Positions 37,568 through 47,442 of a stretch of 64,000 bases of DNA are shown here, piece after piece. The notes under the pieces were generated by a model that worked only from the letters and a program-made list of their open reading frames with translations, made no database searches and had not been told where the DNA came from. Source of the stretch: Bdellovibrionales bacterium (GTDB taxonomy: Bacteria; Bdellovibrionota; Bdellovibrionia; Bdellovibrionales; UBA1609); contig DAHVQG010000007.1 in the NCBI GenBank assembly GCA_027317865.1, forward strand, positions 58,887 to 122,886, written 5' to 3'. Both the position numbers and the translations under genes were made by a program. How positions within the stretch are numbered: position 1 is the stretch's first letter; each line of letters starts with the position of its first letter.

Positions 37568-37972
37568 GTGCTGATCAGTGAGTTGCTGGACCAATTGCCA
37601 GCCGAAATGCCATGCCCCGTGTGTTACAACCTTAAAAAGTTAAAGCTAAGTAAGAAACGTCGTCCATATTGGACCTGCAATGACTGTTGGTTGCAGGTGT
37701 TTGCCCGAGGAGACAGGTCTATAGAGGTCTTGAAGGAATTAAATAAAATTTCGAAAGTAACCTCAAAGTTTAAGGGGGAGAAAATTGCGGCTGGAATCGT
37801 CATACAGACGATACAACGTAAATTAAAAATTAAGTCAGAAATTAAACAAATTCGGGGCAAAAAATTTATTTTAACTGATGACGACGATTTCAAAAAAATT
37901 AGAAGTCTTGAAGTTGAACTAGATGAAATTCAGAAAATTTTGAATCGATTTTCAGGATTGCCAGAGAATTAA
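37568..37972 (+). CDS. Zn-ribbon plus coiled-coil hypothetical protein
   Basis: CPVC...CNDC; GAGGTGG SD. Confidence 0.65.
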   Translation: MLISELLDQLPAEMPCPVCYNLKKLKLSKKRRPYWTCNDCWLQVFARGDRSIEVLKELNKISKVTSKFKGEKIAAGIVIQTIQRKLKIKSEIKQIRGKKFILTDDDDFKKIRSLEVELDEIQKILNRFSGLPEN

Positions 37973-38070
37973 TTTAAAAAATAAAGGGCTCGAATAGCAC
38001 AAAATGATCAGCGAGGGGTGCGTATATTTTATCTGAGGATCGAATATATTTATTAAGGGGAATATTTATT

Positions 38071-38382
38071 ATGAATAATTTAAAAAATTCGCATTTTTCG
38101 AAATTATCAGTTCTACAAGGCCCTTCAAATACGTTAAATAATAAAAACTCATCGCTCTTTCAAAATAGAATAGGTACGGCTGATGCCATTGATGACTCCG
38201 GCGAGTGGTTGACGACTGACGAGGCGGCTGAATATTTGCGAATTTCACCGGCTAGCTTGCGAAATTTATCGAGCAGTGGTCGGGTCCCGTATTACAAATG
38301 GCAAAGGCGAAATAGATATAAGAAAAATGACCTCAGAGACCTCCTTCTCGCCAACAGAAGAGGGAGAATAATATGGGAGTAA
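38071..38382 (+). CDS. Excisionase-type (HTH_17/MerR-like) DNA-binding protein
   Basis: WLTTDEAAEYLRIS..SLRN..GRVP; overlaps the integrase start. Confidence 0.85.
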   Translation: MNNLKNSHFSKLSVLQGPSNTLNNKNSSLFQNRIGTADAIDDSGEWLTTDEAAEYLRISPASLRNLSSSGRVPYYKWQRRNRYKKNDLRDLLLANRRGRIIWE

Positions 38383-39476
38383 AATTCAATGATCGAACCG
38401 GTTTTTATGAGGCATCATATAGCCAGCGGCACCCGATAACGAGGATGCCCGTTACACTGCGACGCTTACGAATAAGAACAAAATCTGAAGCTGAACGAGT
38501 TTATCGGGAGTTGATTGTATCAGTTAACGACAAAATTCGGCGAAAGACGATTCCCGACTGGCCGACCGCTGTTGAAGCATATCTTAAACACGCGCTAAAT
38601 GAAGGATTCATGTCGATCACGATAGAGAACTATCGGCTTTGTTTAACGGCTCATACTTTTGGTCCGTGGTGTGACAAACTGATCGATCAAATTTCAACGG
38701 ATGAAATTCGCGAGCTGATTCGAGGCAAAGAAAAATCGCACTCGGTATCAACTCAAAAGAGCATATTGAAAATGATTCGTGGTGTTTTCAAGTATGCCGT
38801 TGAAAAGAACTTCGTGAGTCGAGACCCTACTCCACACATGAAGTTTCGAATCGGTGACAAAATCAAACGTGTGTTGGCCGAGAGCCAGGCGTCGATGTTG
38901 CTGCATAAGGCGCAGGAGTTAAACAGCGAATGGTATCCGATTTGGGCAATGGCGCTTTATACGGGGATGCGAAACGGTGAACTGTACGCGCTGACTTGGG
39001 ATAAAGTGAGCTTCGAGCGGAATTTTGTGTTGGTCGATACTTCGTGGAATAACAAGGATGGGTTCAAATCTACGAAAACCGGCGACGACCGAATCATAGA
39101 CATAGCCCCGCACCTCCTGAGTCTATTGAAAGAACTCAAATTGCAAAGTGCTGATCGTGCGTTTGTACTTCCGCGAATTCAAAAGTGGGACGATGGTTAC
39201 CAGGCCGAGGTATTGCGACAATTTTTGATCGGCATCAACATTCCGCCCGTTCGATTTCACGATTTGAGAGCTTCGTGGGCAACGATGCTTCTCAATAAAG
39301 GTGTCGAGCCAGTGAAAGTGATGGCAATGGGCGGATGGAAAGACATCAAAACCATGATGATTTACATGCGGAAAGCTGGAGTCGATATCAAAGGGAGCGC
39401 GAGCTGTTTGACGTTTCATGAACCGAACCGTGGTTCAGCCAAGGTCCTAAATTTCGACTCTGGAAGCACGCCGTAG
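38373..39476 (+). CDS. Tyrosine integrase
   Basis: TGMRNGEL (R), STKT (K), FHDLR (HxxR), GGW (H/W), catalytic Y in TMMIY. Confidence 0.95.
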   Translation: MGVKFNDRTGFYEASYSQRHPITRMPVTLRRLRIRTKSEAERVYRELIVSVNDKIRRKTIPDWPTAVEAYLKHALNEGFMSITIENYRLCLTAHTFGPWCDKLIDQISTDEIRELIRGKEKSHSVSTQKSILKMIRGVFKYAVEKNFVSRDPTPHMKFRIGDKIKRVLAESQASMLLHKAQELNSEWYPIWAMALYTGMRNGELYALTWDKVSFERNFVLVDTSWNNKDGFKSTKTGDDRIIDIAPHLLSLLKELKLQSADRAFVLPRIQKWDDGYQAEVLRQFLIGINIPPVRFHDLRASWATMLLNKGVEPVKVMAMGGWKDIKTMMIYMRKAGVDIKGSASCLTFHEPNRGSAKVLNFDSGSTP

Positions 39477-39525
39477 TTTGACGAAGTGCGCACCAAAGAT
39501 TGTTCAGTTACTTAGGTGGCGAAGG

Positions 39526-39539
39526 CCGCCACCTCCAAA
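39526..39539 (+). repeat. attR core
   Basis: CCGCCACCTCCAAA identical to the tRNA-Cys 3' end. Confidence 0.9.
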
Positions 39540-39566
39540 TTCAAGAGTTGTGATCCTGCATGGCGC

Positions 39567-40121
39567 CTATTGATTCAAAAACCGGACTTTCAACACCGGA
39601 TGAAGCTCGATACCGTTCGGAGCCGAACCGCCCGCATGCGGAAAATCAAAAAATGCGACACCCGTAACTGATGCTGGGATGTTAACTCTTGTTCCACCGC
39701 TCCAGTTCTGTTTCAAATAAGATCGTGCGGCGCTAATTAACGGCAAAAACGGACTTGAAGCCCCGACGCAGCTTGGAGAGGGGATCTCAGTGACCATGGT
39801 GTTACCGGAAGAATCTTGCACGAGTAAATGGTAATCGTCGTCGGCTTCATGGCGAATTTCGATGATCGTCGCGTGAATATTAAAAACCGTATCTTCGGTC
39901 GGTGCGATCCGTGAATGTTGCGGATATGCATTCCACCTTGGCGGGTTAAACGGCAGAGGCAGTGAAACGAGGTTCGCGATCGTAGTTGGTTGAACATTAT
40001 TAACGTTCACCTGTTGGGCATCTCGATCCGTTCCGGTTTTTACCGACCATCGCCATTTGCCACACGCCAATGCCTGGCTCGACACAAATGCGAGCGCAAT
40101 ACTAAGTATTAACCCTTTCAT
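39567..40121 (-). CDS. Secreted protein, OB-fold-like
   Basis: Signal peptide; CGKWRWSVKTGTD, DDDYHL, EIP, FFD, ELHPV. Confidence 0.7.
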   Translation of the reverse strand: MKGLILSIALAFVSSQALACGKWRWSVKTGTDRDAQQVNVNNVQPTTIANLVSLPLPFNPPRWNAYPQHSRIAPTEDTVFNIHATIIEIRHEADDDYHLLVQDSSGNTMVTEIPSPSCVGASSPFLPLISAARSYLKQNWSGGTRVNIPASVTGVAFFDFPHAGGSAPNGIELHPVLKVRFLNQ

Positions 40122-40279
40122 TGATCCCCCCCTTGCGCGAGTTACGCGTCTTTGGTCTTGATCATCCCAAGAAAAAAATTGATTTGTCGAGCACCAGAAT
40201 TGTTACTTTCAATACTAAAGTCCTGGTTTCAAACAAACTTCTAACATGACAAAATTGTTCAACAATTCCAATTGTTGAG

Positions 40280-41137
40280 TTATGGGGCATTCGGATGGGC
40301 AGCGTCAAATTCTTTTTCGGCGCGCTCGTTCCATTTGAGCACACCCCACTGGGCGTTTTCATAAGCATTTGTATAGTCAAAGCTAAGCAGGATAAGCCCT
40401 CCAAGGCCCAAGGTCGCGTCAGCCCAAGTTACGTTTTGATTTTTGATTCCAACGTACGTCGGATAAGCTATGGCCAAAGCACCGAGTATCGCCGCAGCCA
40501 GACGAATAGCTCCACCCTTGTCGTCGCCGACGTAAAATTGCCCCAAGCCTGGAATTAGAGACCGCGCGTCGGCAACTCGCTTAGATCTCCATGGTACTTT
40601 TTCAGCTTCGTGCGCATAGACTGCAAGTTGCGATTTGGGATCTTCGTGAATCAATTCGTTAAACGCATCGTTCGGATTGGTGTGTTTAAACCCGGTCACT
40701 CCAACAGACCGCAAAGCCCAACCCAGCCGATACAGTACAAGCGGTTGCAGTTTCGAGTTCGGGTAACGTTTAAGAAATGACTCCCAAATTTGTACAGCCG
40801 CATCGGGAGCGCGAACGCGAAGATTAAAAAGATCGAAAGAACTCGCCAAAGACTGAAAAAGCGGAAAATCAGTAGCTGCGGCCAACACTTCGGTAAATAG
40901 CGTTTTGTTCGAGCGCGGCGGTTGTTCAAACCGGTAGCGATAAAAACTTTCGGCTTGCATGAACATCGTACGCTCTGCGGGCGAAACCTTCATGCCATCC
41001 ACCAGAACTAGTGTGCGTTGCAAGCGGCGCTGCGCTCTTAGATAAGTGGGATCGTTTTTCTGAATTAAAATCGGCGGGCTCGCACAGCCGGTAATAGCGA
41101 CAACCGCGAACATAAAAATGAGATACAATTTCTTCAT
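40280..41137 (-). CDS. Lipoprotein with TPR-like segment and C-terminal TM helices
   Basis: Lipobox ITGC; FLKRYPNS..LYRLG; SLIPGLGQFY. Confidence 0.7.
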   Translation of the reverse strand: MKKLYLIFMFAVVAITGCASPPILIQKNDPTYLRAQRRLQRTLVLVDGMKVSPAERTMFMQAESFYRYRFEQPPRSNKTLFTEVLAAATDFPLFQSLASSFDLFNLRVRAPDAAVQIWESFLKRYPNSKLQPLVLYRLGWALRSVGVTGFKHTNPNDAFNELIHEDPKSQLAVYAHEAEKVPWRSKRVADARSLIPGLGQFYVGDDKGGAIRLAAAILGALAIAYPTYVGIKNQNVTWADATLGLGGLILLSFDYTNAYENAQWGVLKWNERAEKEFDAAHPNAP

Positions 41138-41186
41138 CGGCGCTTTAATTTGACCCGCAAAATTTTATTGGAGCAAGATAATAAAA

Positions 41187-41672
41187 ATGACTAAAAATTT
41201 TAAATTGCCGCGATGGGTACTTTATTATCGTGAACTTTTCTTTCGCATTGCAATTTTGCTTAAAGGTCTCGACGGCATTCTTGAAATTTTAGGCGGCGCC
41301 GCTTTTTTCTCGGTTGGCCCGCGGTTCATCGTCAAAGTTGTAGGCTTTCTCACGCAGGACGAAATCGCCGAAGACCCTCATGATGTGGTTGCCAATTTTC
41401 TGCGCCGTACGGCGGCCCATCTCTCGCTTTCTGGTGAGCACTTTATTGGAGCGTATTTGCTCATCGACGGAGTAATTAAAATCGCGTTGGTTGCCGCGCT
41501 TTTGAAACGGGTTCGCGGCGCTTACCCTGTCGCCGTCACCATTTTTTTCGCACTGTTTATTTATGAGTTTTACCGCTTCGCCATACATCCGAGTTTCGCG
41601 TTACTTATACTTTCGGCGGTGGACTTGATCGTGATCAGTTTAATTCTGATCGAGTACCGGTTCATGGCCTAA
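41187..41672 (+). CDS. DUF2127-like membrane protein
   Basis: LKGLDGILEILGG, EDPHD, YLLIDGVIK. Confidence 0.75.
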   Translation: MTKNFKLPRWVLYYRELFFRIAILLKGLDGILEILGGAAFFSVGPRFIVKVVGFLTQDEIAEDPHDVVANFLRRTAAHLSLSGEHFIGAYLLIDGVIKIALVAALLKRVRGAYPVAVTIFFALFIYEFYRFAIHPSFALLILSAVDLIVISLILIEYRFMA

Positions 41673-41768
41673 AAAAAATTTGCGAGTGCGGTTTAACGAA
41701 CTGTTTAACTGTATGACGTACTTGTCATTGACATCAAAACCTCACTCTGATCGAATAGCGCAAATTTC

Positions 41769-43322
41769 ATGCAGGGGGGATATATGGGGGAGCGTTCATG
41801 GAAAGTCGTATTTCTTTTAGGGTTAGCATGCACAGTCGTCGCCGCCGGCGCGGTCGCTGCGACGATTGTGTATAAGGCAACCACGAGCATAAGTTCTGAT
41901 CCTTATAGTGTACAATTACAGAAATCTGAGGTTGAACCGGATACGTACGCTTTTGGTTCAACAATTGTAGCGGCCTTTCAAGTTGGCCGATTTGCAGGCG
42001 GGGGTGCTCTCAACATTGGTTGGGCGACTTCACATGATAACGGTAAAACATGGCAGCATGGTTTCATGCCGGGCATAACAAAATACCAAGGCAATGGACA
42101 ATATGATCGGACAAGTGACGCGTCAGTTGCCTACGACGCCAAATATAACGTTTGGATGGTTTCGTCGCTTGCCGTTTACGACAGTGGCGGCGCACAACCG
42201 TTTAGTCCGGGGCTTTCAGTTCCAGCTGTCGTGTTGAACCGCTCCACAGATGGCGGGTTAACCTGGCAAGCGCCCGTATATGTTTTCAACGAGGGCCATC
42301 AAGGTTTTGTCGATAAAAACTGGACAACCTGTGACAATTGGCCAACGTCGCCTTATTACGGCAACTGCTATACCGAATTTGATGCGCCTCAATCGCGCAA
42401 TATGATTTACATGTCAACTTCGACCGACGGTGGCCTGACGTGGAGTTCACCACAAACCACGGCCGACGTTGCAAACGGCCTGGGTGGTCAACCGCTCGTG
42501 CAACCCAATGGTACGGTCGTTGTGCCGATCGGCAACGGAACGTTGAGTGGTTTGCAGTCATTTGTCTCGCGCGACGGCGGTATGACCTGGAGCGCTTCTC
42601 AACCCATTACTCAAATTGATCCACACCCTGTGGCGAATAGTTTGCGTGCACCGCCTTTGCCGAGCGCGGCCGTCGATGCCACCGGGAGAATTTATGTAGC
42701 GTGGTCCGATTGCCGTTTTGAGGCGAACTGTTCGGCAAACGATATTGTTATGACAACGTCAATGGACGGCATCAATTGGACCCCTGTGGTTCGAATCCCC
42801 ACCGAAGCCGTCGACAGTAATGTTGATCATTTTCTTCCGGCGCTTGCAGTCGATCGCAGTACCGGCGGTGCAACCGCGCATTTGAGTCTGATGTATTATT
42901 ATTATCCGCAGGCCGACTGTGCGGGTACCAATTGTGAATTGCGCGTGGCTACAATGCAGTCAACGGACGGCGGCGTAAGCTGGACCAAACCAATTGAGAT
43001 TAGTTCTCATTCCGTCTCGTGGAGAACGGTTCCGATGACCAGTCAGGGGCCGATGGTGGGCGATTATATGTCGAGCTCGTTTGTCGACGGTGGAGTAGCG
43101 TTGCCGGTGTTTGGCATGAGTTCATTACTGGCGGATGGCCGCATTAACGATGCTGTCGGTCTCGTGATGGACACAACGGCGCAAAACTTGACCTCTGAAT
43201 TCTCGCGCGCCCTTGCGTGGTCGCGGCTTGAAGAAAATCAGCCCCGCGTCTTTGTAAAACCAGAACCCGTTTTGAGTACGCGTTCAAACCAATTTGGCAA
43301 GCGCTGGTCGTATTTGTTTTAA
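41769..43322 (+). CDS. Secreted BNR/Asp-box beta-propeller (sialidase-family) protein
   Basis: Six S.D.G.TW-type Asp-boxes; signal or anchor segment. Confidence 0.85.
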   Translation: MQGGYMGERSWKVVFLLGLACTVVAAGAVAATIVYKATTSISSDPYSVQLQKSEVEPDTYAFGSTIVAAFQVGRFAGGGALNIGWATSHDNGKTWQHGFMPGITKYQGNGQYDRTSDASVAYDAKYNVWMVSSLAVYDSGGAQPFSPGLSVPAVVLNRSTDGGLTWQAPVYVFNEGHQGFVDKNWTTCDNWPTSPYYGNCYTEFDAPQSRNMIYMSTSTDGGLTWSSPQTTADVANGLGGQPLVQPNGTVVVPIGNGTLSGLQSFVSRDGGMTWSASQPITQIDPHPVANSLRAPPLPSAAVDATGRIYVAWSDCRFEANCSANDIVMTTSMDGINWTPVVRIPTEAVDSNVDHFLPALAVDRSTGGATAHLSLMYYYYPQADCAGTNCELRVATMQSTDGGVSWTKPIEISSHSVSWRTVPMTSQGPMVGDYMSSSFVDGGVALPVFGMSSLLADGRINDAVGLVMDTTAQNLTSEFSRALAWSRLEENQPRVFVKPEPVLSTRSNQFGKRWSYLF

Positions 43323-43349
43323 TATTAAATCGCACACCGGGGTGGGAAT

Positions 43350-44873
43350 ATGACGAATGAATCAAGCTCCAACAACTCGGTCGGATATAATCCGCCGAAA
43401 GGTTCAACGGCGCGTATAGATTGGTCTTCGCGTGACGGCAAAAGCGAAGAGATTGAAGTCACCGCCGAGTGGATTGTGTTGCGTAAAAAAGAAAAACCGT
43501 CGGCTGAAATTTTCAATACGTACTACCGTTTGGTTCAGCCACAAAATTCGAAAAATGGAATTCGTCGCGCCATAACGTTTGTATTAAACGGTGGACCTGG
43601 TGCCGCTTCGGCTTATTTGCACCTCGGAGGTTTGGGGCCACAGCGCGTTTGTTTCAATAAGGACGGCTCAAAATTACCACCTCCGGCAAAGTTAACGAAC
43701 AACACCGAAAGCTGGATCGAATTTACAGATTTAGTTTTCATCGACCCTGTAGGGACTGGGTTTAGTCGCGTGGTTGAAAGTGATGCCCTGGCCCCCGCTT
43801 CGGTCAGCGCGGCTCAAAAAGACACATCGGACAAAAGCAAAGTCACCGACGAAAAAGAATATTACGGGCTCAACCGTGACCTCGAGTCGCTCGGGGAATT
43901 TATCGAGCGGTTTCTCTCGAAATATAAACTTTGGGATGTTCCCGTATACATTGCCGGTGAAAGCTACGGCGGGTTTCGAACGGCAAAACTCGCAAGACGG
44001 TTACAAGAAAAACACGGCATTGGTTTGAGCGCCGTAATTGCAATTTCGCCGGCGCTCGAGTGGGCACTGCTCAACGACGGCGATTACGATGTTTTGCGGT
44101 CTGTGGACACTTTTTGTTCGATGGCTCTCGGTGCCGCATTTCACGGCCGCTCGCGCGTGTTTAAAAAAGGCGATTCGATTGAAAAGATGCGCCCCACAAT
44201 CGAATCGTTTGCGACAAAAGAGCTAGCGCACGCTTTGATGGTGGGTACGGCGCATGAACCGGCCGAGCTCGAGAAGGTTTTTTGCAAAACTGCCGATTTT
44301 CTCGGTTTGCCTGAGCAAATGGTGAAACGGGCGCATGGTCGCATACCGTTTTGGCGTTTTTCGCGTGAACTGCTACGTGATCAACAACGCATTGTCAGTT
44401 GGTATGACGCCACTCTGACGACGATTGACCCGTATCCAGATCGCGAGATGAACGAAGCTCCTGATCCGAGTCTAGTTGGCGACGAACACATATTCGAAAG
44501 CGGTATCAACCAATTGTTGCGCGCGCGCATCGGTGTCGAAACGGAACGGCGCTACGAATCGCTGAACCTCGAAGTCTATACGGTTTGGAAGCGCGACGAC
44601 TCAAAACATGCTTTCGATGGACCGGCAGGCAGTGTCGACGATTTGCGATATGCCATGAGTTTGAATCCTGAAATGAAGGTTTTAATCGTGCACGGTTATT
44701 ACGACATGATTACCCCTTACTTTTCGTCTGAGCGTTTAGTTGAGCAGATGAAGCTGTTGCCCGAGAGTCGCCGTAATCTCACGCTTAAATATTTTTCTGG
44801 AGGGCACATGTTTTATACATGGGAGGAATCGCGGATCGCATTTCGAGACTATTGCCGCAATTATTACGAGTAA
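43350..44873 (+). CDS. S10 serine carboxypeptidase
   Basis: NGGPG, IDPVGTGFS, GESYGG, GYYD, GGHM. Confidence 0.92.
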   Translation: MTNESSSNNSVGYNPPKGSTARIDWSSRDGKSEEIEVTAEWIVLRKKEKPSAEIFNTYYRLVQPQNSKNGIRRAITFVLNGGPGAASAYLHLGGLGPQRVCFNKDGSKLPPPAKLTNNTESWIEFTDLVFIDPVGTGFSRVVESDALAPASVSAAQKDTSDKSKVTDEKEYYGLNRDLESLGEFIERFLSKYKLWDVPVYIAGESYGGFRTAKLARRLQEKHGIGLSAVIAISPALEWALLNDGDYDVLRSVDTFCSMALGAAFHGRSRVFKKGDSIEKMRPTIESFATKELAHALMVGTAHEPAELEKVFCKTADFLGLPEQMVKRAHGRIPFWRFSRELLRDQQRIVSWYDATLTTIDPYPDREMNEAPDPSLVGDEHIFESGINQLLRARIGVETERRYESLNLEVYTVWKRDDSKHAFDGPAGSVDDLRYAMSLNPEMKVLIVHGYYDMITPYFSSERLVEQMKLLPESRRNLTLKYFSGGHMFYTWEESRIAFRDYCRNYYE

Positions 44874-44906
44874 CGAAAACGTTTTTTAGGTTAAGGGAGA
44901 ACATTT

Positions 44907-45326
44907 ATGAAATATGCAGTGGCGCTGGGCAGAGTTTTATTTTCGTTGATTTTTATTGTGGGCGGCCTTGGTCATTTTTCGTCTTCGACCATTTCTTGGG
45001 CCGCAAGCCAAGGTGTCCCGCTCGCACATCTCTTGGTGCCGCTTGCCGGTATTATGGCGATTGCCGGAGGCCTCAGCATCATTTTGGGATATCGCGCGCG
45101 CTACGGCGCATTGTTGCTGATTTTGTTTTTAATACCGGTGACACTTATGATGCATGCGTTTTGGAGGGTTTCAGATCCTTCCATGCACGATATACAACAA
45201 ATCATGTTTCTCAAAAATCTTTCGATGCTCGGCGGAGCGATATTAATTTTTCATTTTGGCTCCGGCCCGATGAGCTTAGATAACTTGAAGCGCAACTCGT
45301 CACAGAGTAAATCTGTCGTCGAGTGA
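44907..45326 (+). CDS. DoxX family membrane protein
   Basis: [25 protein letters not shown]. Confidence 0.88.
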   Translation: MKYAVALGRVLFSLIFIVGGLGHFSSSTISWAASQGVPLAHLLVPLAGIMAIAGGLSIILGYRARYGALLLILFLIPVTLMMHAFWRVSDPSMHDIQQIMFLKNLSMLGGAILIFHFGSGPMSLDNLKRNSSQSKSVVE

Positions 45327-45354
45327 GGCGGCGCGATTTAAGGAGAAGATTTTA

Positions 45355-45915
45355 GTGCATCCGTGGCATGATGTCGAAATTAGTGACGGCGAACAATTAA
45401 AAAACGCAAACATCGTGAACGCCGTCATAGAAATACCGAAAGGGTCGAAAATCAAATACGAGCTAGATAAAAAGAGCGGTCTAATCAAAGTGGACCGCGT
45501 TTTATTTAGCAGCGTTCATTACCCCGCTAATTATGGTTTTATACCTCGTACCTATTGCGAAGACAAAGATCCGCTAGATGTATTGGTTCTGGGGCAAGAG
45601 TCGGTTGTACCACTGGCGGTCATGCGCGCAAAAATTATCGGAGTTATGCGTATGCAAGATCAGGGGGTCGCCGACGATAAGCTGATCGCGGTTCATGCCG
45701 ATGATCCGGAATACGCACACTATCAAACAATTGGTGATTTGCCGCCTCATCGCATGACCGAAGTGCAGCGATTTTTTGAAGACTATAAAATTCTTGAACA
45801 CAAAAAGGTTGTGGTTGAGAAATTTTTAGACCACGAGGCAGCAATGCAAATTCTCAAAAATGCGATTGGTCTTTATCGGACCAAATTTTCAAAATCCGAT
45901 ATTGAGCAGCGGTGA
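45355..45915 (+). CDS. ppa: Inorganic pyrophosphatase (family I)
   Basis: HPWHD, IEIP, KYE, YPANYG, DKDPLD, DDK, FFEDYK. Confidence 0.95.
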   Translation: MHPWHDVEISDGEQLKNANIVNAVIEIPKGSKIKYELDKKSGLIKVDRVLFSSVHYPANYGFIPRTYCEDKDPLDVLVLGQESVVPLAVMRAKIIGVMRMQDQGVADDKLIAVHADDPEYAHYQTIGDLPPHRMTEVQRFFEDYKILEHKKVVVEKFLDHEAAMQILKNAIGLYRTKFSKSDIEQR

Positions 45916-46515
45916 GATCTCGAACATTCCTTTTGTATTGAAATTGAGAAGTCCGATTTGTATTCCATGCAAGTTGTCCGTTCGGTTGAGCAAACCGATT
46001 TGAAAGCCGTAAATCGATCGTGCAACGTTATAGAGCCCCAACTGAACGCCGTGTACTTTCGTGTGCGGGGCATAGTTCCCAATCAAACCGATTTGGGCGC
46101 CATAGACGCTCGACCCGGCCGTATTAATGTTCAAGCCCAACGTTAATTGAGCGCCAAGAACGAAAGTGCTTTCGGTATTGTAGTTCGTCAGGCCGGCAAG
46201 CTGTACCCCCAAAATGTCGGTTGTACCGTGAGTGATGTTAAATACGCCTGAAATCGCCGTCCCGCCGAATTGTACCGTCGTGACGTTACCGAGACCGCCG
46301 ACATCAAGGCCATACACGTGGCGGTTGTGCCCCCAAAGTAAGCTAAGACGCGCTCCACTGACGCCAAATGTACTCGGTGGCAATTGTACGGGAGGGATCA
46401 ACGACACGGCAATCGGGGAGTACATCGCGGCATGTGCGCGAATCGATACTGTTAAACAAGAAATGCCTAGTAGGCAACTCATGACAATAATTCGAAAGGA
46501 TGTCGTTTTTCGCAT
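45889..46515 (-). CDS. Secreted repeat protein (LA_2272-like GxQxGxxN repeats)
   Basis: Signal peptide; repeated [14 protein letters not shown]-terminal F. Confidence 0.78.
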   Translation of the reverse strand: MRKTTSFRIIVMSCLLGISCLTVSIRAHAAMYSPIAVSLIPPVQLPPSTFGVSGARLSLLWGHNRHVYGLDVGGLGNVTTVQFGGTAISGVFNITHGTTDILGVQLAGLTNYNTESTFVLGAQLTLGLNINTAGSSVYGAQIGLIGNYAPHTKVHGVQLGLYNVARSIYGFQIGLLNRTDNLHGIQIGLLNFNTKGMFEISPLLNIGF

Positions 46516-46708
46516 TTGGTAACTCCTTTTAGCTATTTACATTTTACGGGAATTCGCCTCGAACGTCGAATCGGACTAGATGTTTGGCCTGGGTTTCAGG
46601 GGTTTGTTGTACAATTAATGAATGAATATTAAAAATTTTAAACTATTTGGGTTGATTCTTTAATCGCCATTGACAACCGGACGCGGATAAGCGAAACGAA
46701 GGCTCAAT

Positions 46709-47419
46709 ATGTTAACAGTTCGGAAGTCACAAGAGCGCGGCTCATTTGACCACGGTTGGCTTAAAACGTTTCATACGTTTTCTTTCGGGCAATATTTCGA
46801 CCCCGATTTTACCGGGTACAGTGTATTACGTGTCATTAATGAAGATCGAATCCGCGGTTGTGGTGCTTTTGCGATGCATGGGCACAAAGACATGGAAATT
46901 GTCACTTACATCATTAGTGGCGCGGTTGAACATAAAGACAGCATGGGCCAGTCAACCGTTGTACGTGCGGGGCAAGTTCAGCGCATGACAGCAGGCAGCG
47001 GGGTGCGCCACTCAGAAGCGAATCATTTTTCTGATCGCGATACCCATTTGTTACAGATTTGGATTGTGCCGCAAGTTGATTCACTTGAGCCCAGTTATGA
47101 GCAGAAAGATTTTTCGCAATCTCGAGAAAATTTGTGTTTGATTGTTTCGCGCGACGGCCGCGAAGGTTCCGTGTCGATCCATCAGGATGTCGATATATAC
47201 GCTGGCCGTGTTCAAAATATTCCACTTGTACTGCAACTTCCAGTTCTGGCTTCGCGTCGCGGATGGGTACAAATGATAAGCGGCAAGGCCCGGGTCTCGG
47301 CGAACGATAAAGAATCAGCCAATGCTCAGGCGGGCGATGGCGTGGCCATTTACGGTGTTAACGAAGTTAAAGTTCATTGCGAACCAGGCGCCCACTTTTT
47401 ATTTTTTGATTTGCCCTAG
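46709..47419 (+). CDS. Pirin family protein (YhhW-like)
   Basis: HGWL..HTFSF, RVINED, HGHKDMEI, HKDSMG, HSE, LQIW. Confidence 0.92.
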   Translation: MLTVRKSQERGSFDHGWLKTFHTFSFGQYFDPDFTGYSVLRVINEDRIRGCGAFAMHGHKDMEIVTYIISGAVEHKDSMGQSTVVRAGQVQRMTAGSGVRHSEANHFSDRDTHLLQIWIVPQVDSLEPSYEQKDFSQSRENLCLIVSRDGREGSVSIHQDVDIYAGRVQNIPLVLQLPVLASRRGWVQMISGKARVSANDKESANAQAGDGVAIYGVNEVKVHCEPGAHFLFFDLP

Positions 47420-47442
47420 GCTTTCATCTTTCGAGCGGGAGA

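Larger units (their letters stand above)
24462..39539. mobile_element. tRNA-Cys-integrated element (~15 kb) with integrase/xis, HUH Rep, PolA and cargo
   Basis: 14-bp direct repeat CCGCCACCTCCAAA at both ends; integrase ends about 50 bp before attR; visibly more AT-rich than the flanks. Confidence 0.92.

Noticed and set aside
24462..39539. Prophage or conjugative ICE
   Set aside because: No recognisable capsid, terminase, tail, Zot-like ATPase or T4SS genes
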